A stretch of DNA of 61,033 bases, the filler included, from Dimorphilus gyrociliatus (taxonomy: Eukaryota; Animalia; Annelida): NCBI GenBank assembly GCA_904063045.1. It is 4 parts of 4 records of this genome, joined end to end, with 100 filler letters (N's around TTAATTAATTAA, not from the genome) between each part and the next. Parts side by side here need not be neighbours in the genome. Positions count along the whole stretch, not along the records: positions 1 to 16,060 come from CAJFCJ010000097.1; positions 16,161 to 39,460 come from CAJFCJ010000177.1; 2 more parts are not named here. One strand, given 5' to 3'. Under the pieces are notes generated by a model, which saw only the letters and a list, made by a program, of their open reading frames with translations, did no database searches and had not been told where the DNA came from. The position numbers were made by a program, and so were the translations under genes. Each line of letters opens with the position of its first letter. The stretch's first letter is position 1. Shown here one piece after another: positions 10,551-20,720 of this stretch.

Positions 10551-10621
10551 AAAAGTCATCGTCGTAAAAATGTGGACACCATAAATTTTGACGTGTTCCA
10601 ATTTTTACGACGATAACTTTA
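10551..10621. mobile_element. ~70-bp hairpin micro-MITE made only of Tc1-family termini
   Basis: AAAGTCATCGTCGTAAAAAT (10552..10571) pairs with ATTTTTACGACGATAACTTT (10601..10620), 1 mismatch. Ends in ACTTTA|TA like the Tc1 copies; loop has GGACACCATAAATTTTGA, a match to the TIR core GGACACCGTAAATTTTGA. Confidence 0.65.
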
Positions 10622-11226
10622 TATACTATATAATAATTTATTCCCTCCCTATAGTTACCTGATTGAGAGTTCTACAGTAGAAGGTTTATGTATGAAATGT
10701 TTCAAAAAGTATACACAATGTAAAGTTGCTATTTTCATTTACAAATCTAGGGTTAAAAACAAGTTTATTATCCAATTAGATCTATATGGCAGATTTATAG
10801 AATCAGCCTATATGCCACAAATATATATCTACTTGAGAAAATACGAGAAAGATTACAGTATTTGCGGAGCAAATTTTTATGCTACTGCATTGTGTAAACG
10901 TTTAGCATTTATTAATAGAGCTGATATATTAAAGCCTGCCCGTCTATATATATGGTTGTCTTAGTCCATCTTTGGAAAATTGCAGAGGAACATATATGTT
11001 AATGAATATATTTTATTAGTAGTCAAATTGTTTTTTTTTTTAATTATAAATCCCATTTTCTTGCATATTTTGAAGACTTAAAGAAGAAATTAAACACATA
11101 ACACCATTGATATCTTGTACAAAAGATGCTAATATCAGTTAAGTAAAAAAAACAATTGGGAAAAAATTTGCAATATTTATTCAATTCATCATCATCATCA
11201 TCATCATTGTCATCAATGATATTCGC

Positions 11227-12400
11227 AGAGCCGTGCTACGATTTGGAGTTTAAGTATTATGATATTACAAGCGTAAATCATATTTGCTATTACAAGGAAA
11301 GTAGAATACATTCGCCAAAGAATGTTTGTAAACAATTGGATTTATGGAAGAGGAAACAGTTTGAGAAAAGCAGCCAATTTTTGCAGCAGTAAGAATAAGA
11401 CAATTGCAACTTTCCCTACAAAATACAAATTGGAAGTTTTATATTTTATATATAAGCAACTTAAAGTTTGGAATAACAAATGTAAATATGTTATCCCTTT
11501 TTTTTTGGCTTTTTTGCCAATGTTTTAGCTATCTTCTCAAGAGATATTAGTTTTTATTGAAAGATTGTGAAAAGCTGCAGAAAATGAATATATATTGAAT
11601 TTAAGCCATTAACTTTTTTTTTATTCCATTTGAAATCATAAAGAAAAGCTTTCAAGATAATATTCTTAGTCTTACACTAGACAATTTTCCATTTTCCTAT
11701 GCTATTCATCCAAAAAAGGTAAGCTCCTTGTTGGAAGAAAAACACTCTAATCCTTATGGAAAATACCCCTTGTTTAACCTTGTAGTTCCGCTCCAAAAAT
11801 GATTACGAAAGCTCTACTGAACTAATTACAAATAACATTATTGACAATCTATGCATGGAAGTTTACATTTATGTCAGGGAAAAATTTAAATTCAACCAAG
11901 TATCTCTGTCTTGCAATGCACTTGAGTTCTCTTCATTCATTTGCCAAAAATCGTTGGGTAAACATTACAAGCATAGAACTCTTGTATAAATTTTTCATAT
12001 GACCTTTTTTCTTGGTTTAAGCTTTAAAAAGAATGAATTATTATGGAATTGATTTTCAAAGTCTCCAAACATTTTTATGCCCAAAAAACACTTTCAAATG
12101 TTACAAATCAGATATTTGTATAAATTTTGTATATTTTTGTAATGGTGAAAGAGATTGTCCATTTGGAGAGGCTGAAGATTGTGGAAAAATCTCTTTTTTC
12201 AAATATCAATGTCTAAGTTTAAATCAATCAATAAGTTATTCCCAAATATGTGATCATGTGTTTGATTGTAAAGATAAGTCTGATGAAATATATTGTAGTT
12301 TGTTTTTTTAGTTATTTGTATAGTTAAGTTAGAAAAGTAGCCATACAATATTGAAATTTTCCTTTAGAACAGAAGAATTGCGAAGAGGATGAAAGGTTTG
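11227..12400 (+). pseudogene. Decayed C-type-lectin-like + LDLa receptor fragment (paralog of the GRL101-like gene), cut by the gypsy element
   Basis: HICYYKES...FCSSKNKTIA (frameshifted CTL-like exon); CPKNTFKCYKSDICINFVYFCNGERDCPFGE and QICDHVFDCKDKSDEIYC (LDLa, parallels 51544..51798). Intron 12298..12367, then KQKNCEEDERF, which runs into integrase sequence. Confidence 0.55.
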
Positions 12401-13000
12401 CTGTTTGAGTACATATAAAACTGTGTATCTACTGAAATGATCCACTATCACAAGTATGAATCTGTATGACTTAACCATGGGTAAGGGTCCAATTATATCC
12501 ATGGCCACCAACTCCATTGGTGATGCAGGGTGAAAAGTTTCCACCAAAGGGTATACTCTACTCCTACCATTCATTTGTTCACACAAAGTGCAATCCTTTA
12601 TTGAATTCTCAATCATAATCTTTAATTTTGGGTGCCAAAAGGTCTTTGTAATTATTTGTAACATCATTCTGGGTCCATGGTGATTGTGAATTTTATTTTT
12701 ATGGAATTTAGGGAGCAGAGTTAGCATCAAATGGTCAGGTAAAACCAGAATGTTTCTTTTTTCAAGAATAATCCAGATCATTTCCTTGTGAACAAACATC
12801 TCCATTATGAAAGGTGTAAAAGTTCCAAAATAAGGAATATGTATCTGACCATCCAGTGTTAAATATTCTTTAATTGATTTCAAATTCACATCTTTTTCTT
12901 GCTCTGACTGTAAGTCAACAGAAGACAAATCAATTTTCTCTTCACTGTTATCACTGGTAGCTACAAAAGATAGATCTGGTGTATGTTCATACTGTTCCAT
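12329..13000 (-). pseudogene. Truncated Ty3/gypsy integrase (zinc-binding domain + first catalytic Asp only)
   Basis: H2C2 region and DIIGPLP...VDHFSRY are present. Similarity stops after KQQT (~12400); second Asp and Glu are absent; frameshifted relative to the RNase H tail ORF 12961..13203. Confidence 0.85.
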
Positions 13001-13240
13001 TTTAACTGAAATAGAGGGAGAATTTCCCCCTTGATTCTTCCATAAATTAGCTCTTCAAATGTTACTTTCCTTGGGGGTGTATATTCTTCTAATCTTGTTA
13101 ACACATCTGCTCTATTTTTTTGTCCTGTCACATAGTAAATTGCAAATTTTAAATTCGAGTACATGCTTTCTATTCCAAAATTTTGGGGTTTCTGTAGAAG
13201 CATCTTTTCTGATTACCTGGGTCTTTTTGGTCTCTTTTCT

Positions 13241-14068
13241 TTATTGAGTTTCCAATTTTGACACCATTGTGATCAGTTTTCTTTGAGTTAGTTTTAATGA
13301 AGTTTCTGCTTGCTTAGCAGCCTCATATAGTTCTGCCAATGTTTGACATTTAGGATGTAAGGTGTACACTAAATGTAGAATATCCTGTTGTAATCCTCTT
13401 TGTAAAACTTCCATCAGTTTTATTTCTTTCATAATTGCAAGCAATTGTGGTTCCATTGGTCTAGGTGGAGAAAACCTCTTTATCAATTTCTTTGCTCTAT
13501 TAACAAACTGAACCACACTTTCGCCATTCATTTGCTTTAAGTTAAGCAATTTGTCTTGATACTCCAAAGGATCCAGATCAAATTCATCATGGAGGGCTTT
13601 CCATATTTTCTCTACAGTAGGCTCTCCATCCAGAGCCAACACCAAATTGTTTGCAGGACCAGTTAAATAATCTAAAAGATTTGCTTTCACAACATCTTCA
13701 CCAATCCAACCATAAGCATAACATGCCTGATTAAAGTCTTCCTTGAATTTTGAACACTCCTTGCTTCCATCATACAACTTGAGAATAGTTCTTTGAGGGC
13801 GGTCCCAAGCAGCCCTTAATGCTTGAATTACTGTTGTGATATCAACATTTGGGTTCTGTGGTGGGTGATGTGTTCCATCTCCATGATCTGTGGGAATTGT
13901 GATTTGATTTCTTTTCATTTCAGTCACCAATCTATCATAGTCTTCAATTAGTCTTTGTTGCCTTTCTGACATTCCTGCTGGCTGAATTGTAATTGTTGGA
14001 GTTGCTGGGGTTGAAGGGTTAGAGTCTGTAACTGCCCCAGTCACATTTCCATTTCCTCCTTCTGCCAT
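13241..14068 (-). CDS. Retrotransposon Gag (capsid) protein, 275 aa
   Basis: LKLYDGSKECSKFKEDFNQACYAYGW...LLDYLTGPANNLV...IWKALHDEF...KLLNLKQMNGESVVQFVNRAKKL is a typical Ty3/gypsy capsid pattern; lies directly downstream of a PBS. Confidence 0.85.
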   Translation of the reverse strand: MAEGGNGNVTGAVTDSNPSTPATPTITIQPAGMSERQQRLIEDYDRLVTEMKRNQITIPTDHGDGTHHPPQNPNVDITTVIQALRAAWDRPQRTILKLYDGSKECSKFKEDFNQACYAYGWIGEDVVKANLLDYLTGPANNLVLALDGEPTVEKIWKALHDEFDLDPLEYQDKLLNLKQMNGESVVQFVNRAKKLIKRFSPPRPMEPQLLAIMKEIKLMEVLQRGLQQDILHLVYTLHPKCQTLAELYEAAKQAETSLKLTQRKLITMVSKLETQ

Positions 14069-14106
14069 ATTTACTTTCTCAAAACTTTTGAATAAACCAA
14101 AATATT

Positions 14107-14124
14107 ATCCTGTCGACTGCGCCA
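14107..14124 (-). other. Primer-binding site complementary to the 3' end of tRNA-Ser (TGGCGCAGTCGACAGGAT); second copy at 17005..17022
   Basis: 18-nt minus-strand sequence begins TGG, follows ...TACAAATT and precedes the gag ATG by ~40 nt. It complements the ...ATCCTG(T/C)CGACTGCG-CCA end typical of serine tRNAs. Confidence 0.7.
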
Positions 14125-14321
14125 AATTTGTACTGCTCTTGCTGGCAAAATCTATGCGTTTGCAAGTTATAACAATACTGGTTCTACTCGAACCTTTAAA
14201 CAAATGTTTAAATTAAAACAGTTTATTCGCAATAATAATACTTAAGCAAGTAACAATATGAGAGTTTGATAGCAGAGTAGATAGTTCATAGAAGCAGGTT
14301 GCCAAATTACCAAACTGTCTT

Positions 14322-14990
14322 CTAATGTTGAGGAGTACTATTCATTCTTTGATGCCATCCCTCACAGTCATTATTGGTTCTAATGGATAAATCAAAAACT
14401 GACCAATTATTTACTTTCCATAGTTTGTTTTCCATCCAGTGTGTTTTGAAGTATTCCAAGAGATCTAAAAACTTATTTTTTTCGAGTAGCTCTGTCTTTA
14501 TGCTGTCAAAAGTTGGTTGAATAATATGTGGTGGCAAAAAAAGGGAGTGCCATCAATTTTCTGAAATCTTTCCAATCATCTCTTTTTTCCTTGTATTTCT
14601 TCACATAGCCAAGAGCCTTTTTAATAATTCAAGTTATTCAATATACAACATGTTTTGGATAAAAATAACTTACCTGTATTTTTCTATAAACTGCTTGTGT
14701 GAAATGAAACACACAACCTTGAAATTCAGTCATGGGGTATATTTTTATTAATGCTTTCCATAGTTCTTTTTCAAAATCCATTGTAATTCTTTTGCGATGT
14801 TCATTTATCAGATTGTTGATATGCTGCAAGCAAAATTATATTTCATCATTATTCTTGTACAGAAAAAAAAATTATTCACCTGAAATGCTTGAATATATGC
14901 TTTGGTATGCTTTATCCAAATTTATTTAGGAAATATAGCTTACCTTTGGAAGTATATGCTGTCCAAAGTGAAAGTTATTTCAACCACCTT
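14322..14990 (-). mobile_element. MULE transposase remnant (DDE core, with a short intron)
   Basis: ITMDFEKELWKALIKIYPMTEFQGCVFHFTQAVYRKIQ|GTAAGT...AAAG|ALGYVKKY...FRKLMALPFLP...YFKTHWM...WSVFDLSIRTNNDCEGWH: canonical MULE DFE, CxFH and RTNNxxEGWH motifs. Confidence 0.85.
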
Positions 14991-15150
14991 CACTATTGAA
15001 CTTCCTGCCATTTCACTTTTCAACAATATTTAATATTTTAAATAATACTTCACATTGATAAATATTGCTTTTACAGTCTGAGTATATACATATATATCTA
15101 TTATTAACAAACCATTGGATGAAATTCAATAATAAACAAAAGAGGAAAGA

Positions 15151-15197
15151 GGGTGGGAACTACCTGGGTACATTCACACCCAGGTACGTTCCCACCC
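15151..15197. repeat. GC-rich near-perfect hairpin (19/20-bp stem, 8-nt loop)
   Basis: GGGTGGGAAC-TACCTGGGT acattcac ACCCAGGTACGTTCCCACCC, single-base bulge; lies ~160 bp 5' of the MULE remnant. Confidence 0.8.
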
Positions 15198-15724
15198 GAC
15201 CCCTAAATATACATATGTATTGAATTCATTTGATCAAGATATTTCAATTATAGTCCATTCAAATTTATCTACCCACTAATCAGTAGAAATAATTGGAGAA
15301 ATCTGTTATTTTTTAGCACTTTAAATAGTCAATCAACCACTGAAAATTTCAAATTTTCAACCTACAGAGGTTTATTTGAGCTCTTGTACAGGCTTAGATC
15401 CAATTGATCTGAATCACTGTACAAAATTTCAGCCAAATCAGCCAAATGGTTCTGGAGCTATGGAGTTTTAAAGTTTTGATTATGTCACTATTGTCTGAAC
15501 CTATATTCAACAAGAAGAGCTAGATTTAATTCTATATTCATTACTACATACTAATCAATTTTTTAATTGTATCCATCCTTGCACCTGCAGAATGTTAATT
15601 AACTACTTAATGAGTTTTAAAATGTACCTAACAGAAACACAATTAAACAGTATCAAAAGTTTGGTAAAAAACAGATTTATTAAATGTCAAATTCAAATAC
15701 AAATTCAAGTTAAAAATTACTTTA

Positions 15725-15985
15725 CTAAACTTTTACTGAGTTTCTCTTTAATTCAGCAATTTCATCACCACTATAAGTGTTTTTGTGTATAACAAATAAA
15801 GTTAACCTTGAACAATTTATTATCAGATTGCAGAAAGTAGAAATGTTAACAGGCATATGATAATGATAACCCAATTTTAATTTTTTTAAACTCTTTGCTG
15901 AATTCATTAAACTGTCACATATACTCTGTAATTTACTCTCTGATAAAAGATTATTGTGAAGATACAATTTTTCAATACCAAACAA
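15725..15985 (-). pseudogene. RNI-like LRR family fragment near the contig end
   Basis: IEKLYLHNNLLSESKLQSICDSLMNSAKSLKKLKLG...LIINCSRL matches the ICxGLxxSxxTLxxLx repeat of the 59658..60770 family. Confidence 0.6.
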
Positions 15986-16060
15986 TTTTTCAAAGCTTTT
16001 TCCAAATTTACTACATGATTATCATGCAAACCACACCATTGTAACTTTAAAACATTCAAT

Positions 16061-16160
16061 NNNNNNNNNNNNNNNNNNNNNNNNNNNNNNNNNNNNNNNN
16101 NNNNTTAATTAATTAANNNNNNNNNNNNNNNNNNNNNNNNNNNNNNNNNNNNNNNNNNNN
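16061..16160. other. Artificial contig spacer (44 N + TTAATTAATTAA + 44 N)
   Basis: Identical 100-bp construct occurs three times; TTAATTAATTAA gives stop codons in all six frames. Confidence 0.97.
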
Positions 16161-16660
16161 ATGATCAGATGTAAAGTCCAAGTTGTACTGTTCCTCAAAC
16201 TCATTGATTCTCTTTACTTCTTATTAGGTTTTATGAGATTTGAGCTAGACACTAAGATTTATATTCTGATGAAAGTTGAATAACTTTCACCAAAGTTTCA
16301 GGAGATTCTATAATGAGATGGAATGCTAGAGTAAGAACTTTGTGTACAAATAGAATTATCTACTTTGATTATCAATCAAATTGTGTTGAGTATATGTTTT
16401 AGCCTAGTTTACCAAGTAGATATTGCATACTATCAGCAACAAAGATAAGTTTTGTAAATTTAAAGCAAAAAGTCCTCAGACACATTTTCTATATCTTTTT
16501 ATTTTTATATATGTAATTTAAATAAAGACCAAAATGGAGTTTCTAATAATAAAAAATCAAATTTTAACAAATTATTAACTTATCTAACTTGAATTGTATT
16601 GTATTGGTAAACGTGAATAAAATTTAAACAGATAAATATTGGTGTTGAGTGAATATGGTA

Positions 16661-16787
16661 GAAAACAGCCAGGATTGAAAATGACCAGAGCTCAGTTGAA
16701 AACGGCCAGAGCCCTGATTGAAAATGGCCAAAGACCTAGTTTTACATAAAAGTAATCAATTTTTATGTAAACCCTAACCCTAACCCT
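16661..16787. repeat. Four GAAAAYRRCCA sub-repeats followed by (AACCCT)3; probable terminus of a non-autonomous element
   Basis: GAAAACAGCCA, GAAAATGACCA, GAAAACGGCCA and GAAAATGGCCA between 16661 and 16731; AACCCTAACCCTAACCCT at 16770..16787 abuts the gag fragment. Confidence 0.6.
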
Positions 16788-17022
16788 GTTGGAATTGGGA
16801 TTCGATTTCTTTTCATTTCACTCACCAATCTATCATAGTCTTCAATTAGTCTTTGTTGCCTTTCTGACATTTCTGCTGGTTGTATTGTAATTGTTGAAGT
16901 TGCTGGGGTTGAAGGGTTAGAGTCTGTAACTGCCCCAATTGCATTTCCATTTACTCCTTCTGCCATATTTACTTTCTCCAAACTTTTGAATAAACCAAAA
17001 TAATATCCTGTTGACTGCGCCA
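16788..17022 (-). mobile_element. Second, 3'-truncated copy of the gypsy PBS + gag 5' end
   Basis: MAEGVNGNAIGAVTDSNPSTPATSTITIQPAEMSERQQRLIEDYDRLVSEMKRNRIPIPT closely matches 14068..13890; PBS at 17005..17022; similarity stops at the TTAGGG repeats. Confidence 0.9.
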
Positions 17023-18746
17023 AATTTGTATATCTTCTATATTTTGTGAAACTCTCCTTCCATTTCTTTTTTCCTCTAGTGCATCTGTTAAATTCAGGGC
17101 CGACTGAATTTTTTCTCAGGTCTATTCTGAATTTCTGGTCTTCCAATAGTTTTATTGTTCCTTTTCATTACTTTTGTTATCATAATCAAATAATATTTTG
17201 AAAAAACAGTAATCACACCACATTCATATTGAAAAATACCTGAAAATGTGAACAATAAATGGAAAACATTAGGAAGTAGGGCATATAAAGAAGATGTTGT
17301 CTGACATGTTCTGTGTTGAACATATAGTTTTTTCTATTGAATGTGAGAAATTGGCACTGGGCCAAAAGTGAACAATAGTCAAGTTTGACCTCTGATACTT
17401 TTTAGCTGACTGAGATAATGATTTTGGTAGGCTGCTCGAATCTAATATTCATATGTTGAGAATCAGTTAAGAAAGTAATAAAAGAATGGTATGGAAATAC
17501 AAAGACAATTGATTTATGAGACGGAAAAGCCACATATCAATGATTAACCAGGTAAAAATAATGCTGTTGAATGGGGCACCCCTCAATGTAACCTTCCACA
17601 TGTCATAGGCGTTGTCAGATAATATGTTTAATACAAGTTATACAGTCACGATAAAAGGGATATAAAGTTTTAATCTTGTGAATTTTTTGACAACATAATA
17701 TATTTATGATCTAGATTATTTGACAAGGTATTAAGTAATTTGAAGACAGTTGCTATGACATTACAATATGGAATTGTAGATTAGTTTTTCAACCAAGACT
17801 TCACGTACAGTTTTAATATGATGATAAGGCAAATGAAAATTATATAACACCAAATAATCACCTTGTAAAACCTTTTTTTCTTTGTACTAATTACTTTTTA
17901 TTGTGACTGTATAAAAAGAGAATGTCAGCGAGCATGAAAACAAAATTAGGAATGTAAATTGTGGAAAACAGTGGGGCATTGTGATCAAGAATATACTAGA
18001 GAACAAAAAACTATTTGTAAAATATTGTAAGAAAATTGTACAGACTTACAGAGAGTTTTTGAATGCTGTTTTTGTTTAAATTGAGTTATATTGCTTTTTT
18101 GTGTGGCATTCTTAAAAAAAATTTGTAGTCTACATTTTTTAATTCTCTGGGAAAATATTAAGATTTACTGTCAAGTATGTTAAAGGGGATCAACAGAAAA
18201 TGGCCACAAAATTTTTCAACCTAAAATATATTATAACAAGAAATGAATTAAATTTTGAAAGTGTGTTTATTTGAACAGTTGAATATATTAAAAGACTACA
18301 ACTTAAAAAAAAACATACAATTTAACAACAATTGATTTATTCATAGAGCTTCTAAATAAATTTCAGAATATTTTTCTAGAACTTCTAATGAAGTCATCTC
18401 ATGCCAGGTAATCTTCCCAGGTCCTTGGGCACAGATAGGAATGCTTTGAAGTGAGGATGTAGTTCATGTTTAAGTTTGGTAAGAGGATGTTACAAGGTTC
18501 AACATTTCGGAAGGCTCATTGAATTATAACTTGGCGAAACCTTAACTGGTAATTAAAGATGAGCCTTCAAGCTGACTAATCAGACCTGTGTTTGGCCAAT
18601 GTTATAGCAAACATTTAAATTAACTTATTCTATTAAATTTATTAGTATTATAAATTTTGGGGCATTTTCTGTCCCAATTGGGGCTGTTTTCTGTTGTATT
18701 CATGTTAAAGTAAATTGTAGATAGAATTAGATCAGAAATAATTAGA

Positions 18747-20037
18747 TTATTCGAGATAATTGTTCAATTTTTCCGGGAAAAGGATATCATTTACATCAAA
18801 TAGCCAACAATCATTATTATATCTCTTTACTATCTTTGAATGAACCATTCTATCATTTACTGTGACAGAAGACTGCTTATCATTTTCACTGTCTTGAACA
18901 TTCTCAAAGAAATGAAAATTTTTTTGATGAATGATACCGAGTAATCCTCCATTTTTCTTGTTTGCCAATTGTGTTTGAATGATAATATCTAAAAACTCTC
19001 CAATTACTAGCTTGTTTGATTTTTTTACAGAGAAAAATTCTGGCTTAAACTGGTTCCCTTTCTTTATTCCAACCAAAAATATATTATTCTCAGGTGTTAG
19101 AGTCACAGTAAAATCTCCAATTTGAATTGTTTTTTTTGTAGAATGCCAATCTTGATATTTTTTATCCTCAATGTACACTCCATCTAGAGCAATGGTCAAA
19201 TCATGATTATTTAAAGAAAAGACAATCTGATCCATATACTAGTCATCCTTCAGAACACCAAATACAGTAATATTTTGTTTGAAATCTTTAAAAATTTTCA
19301 ATTTCCTATAATAAGTTGAAGAAACATCAAAGCAAACTTGCTTCATTCCCAAACCATTCTTATCTTTTACAAAAGCAGTAAAATGTGGATCACCACCACC
19401 ACCAGCCTGACCTATAATAGATATGGTACTTGTGAAAGATGGAAAGTGTTGGCTAGGACAATTATATTGTAATATCTTTTCTTCAAGAGGTTCAGTGTTG
19501 CCATCACTTACAATTGATAATGTCAAAGTTACTGTTTGAGTGTGTGATAAATCTGTAAATGATGTTGCACCAGCACCTAAATAATCTGGATCAACTTGTA
19601 GACTGTAAGAGAAATAAGAGTAAATTGATATTTTTTAAAAAGATCAATCATTTCATACCTGCAACTCTGAGGAGGATTCCCTCCCTTGATTTTTATTTCT
19701 ACCTCATCCCCTTCATTAAATTCCATGCCATTATCAAAAATAAATGTTGGTCGAAGTGTCATTGTAGAATATTCTAAAACTTTTAAAAAACTATTACAAT
19801 AATTTAAACATTCAGGTGAAATTACAAAAAAACAAATATTCAAAATTCAAAAAATAACATACAAAATTGACAAAATACAACTGCCTGGTAGATTAACAAA
19901 TTCATAGTTCTTTCTTTAATCTTAACATGCAGAATAAATACTGGAATAGCTTTTATAGGCAAATTTGAACCAGGAAAATATTGAATAAAGGCTATTTTGA
20001 ATAACGAAATGTAGAATATTGAAAAGAATTTATTCAA
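18747..20037 (-). pseudogene. Secreted protein, Calx-beta-like + inter-alpha-trypsin-inhibitor heavy chain C-terminal-like (GDPHF) domain, one in-frame TAG
   Basis: Hydrophobic N-terminus MNKFFSIFYISLFKIAFIQ; short GT-AG introns; FTDLSHTQTVTLTLSIVSDGNTEPLEE (Calx-beta-like); GGGGDPHF...VCFDV...GGLLGII (ITIH C-terminal-like). ORFs 19239..19526 and 18747..19235 are in frame across TAG 19239..19241 (KDD*YMDQ). Confidence 0.55.
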
Positions 20038-20339
20038 ATAGATAAGTCATCAGATAGCTATTCATTAAATTGTCTATTAAATTATAGACAGAAAATATTT
20101 TGTCCTGTTTAAACTTAAAACTGGTTTTTTTAAACTATTAGCATTGAAAACTAGAATTATGGAAAAAAAATGTCGACTATGTGAAGAAAATATTTAAAAA
20201 CACTTTTTAAAATTTAAATTATTATTGATTTTGAGAAATATCCAATACATTCCCATAATGCAATCACTTTAGGATATGCACCAAACACAATGCCTGACAA
20301 TAATTCTATTAAATTTTAGAAGTAAAATTTTGATGGCGC

Positions 20340-20720
20340 CGTAACTCAGGAATTATAAGAGATAATTGAATTTTGTAAAAATATTTGAAATTGGCAAAAG
20401 TTTCTATTTGTATGAGTACTTTGGCTAATTTAGTAAATGATTATAGTTGTGACAAATCAGATTTTCCTACAATTACACAAAAGAAAAGATACTTGGCAGT
20501 AAATCTTACTATTTTCTCACAGCATTGAAAAATGCAGACAATGAATTTTATATTTAAAAATGTGACACAAAAGAAAGGATATGCAATAAAAGAGCAAGCA
20601 TTGTAATGCTCCATTCAAAAAACAATACAACAGATTCAAAAACTGTCTGTAAGTCTATTCAATTCTTTTAACAATATTTGACAAATGGTTTGAGAAATAT
20701 TATTCTTTCTATATGTAATT
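20340..20720 (+). pseudogene. NLR-family fragment (post-NACHT region)
   Basis: VSICMSTLANLVNDYSCDKSDFPTITQ matches DDYSCDKPEIPTITIQQST at ~23670-23720. Confidence 0.5.

Larger units (their letters stand above)
12400..14124 (-). mobile_element. Ty3/gypsy LTR retrotransposon derivative: PBS-gag-(protease/RT/RNase H deleted)-RNase H tail-truncated integrase
   Basis: Gag 13241..14068; FAIYYVTGQKNRADVLTR (RNase H C-terminal YxxGxxNxxADxLSR); integrase zinc-binding region HNHHG...FWHPKL...CTLC and core PMELVAMDIIGPLP...ILVIVDHFSRY. No YxDD or protease motif between gag and integrase. Confidence 0.85.

Noticed and set aside
16105-16116. TTAATTAATTAA palindrome as a biological site
   Set aside because: Occurs at the centre of three identical N-padded spacers; artificial all-frame stop linker.
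16770-16787. True chromosome end (telomere)
   Set aside because: Only three units, with ordinary sequence on both sides.
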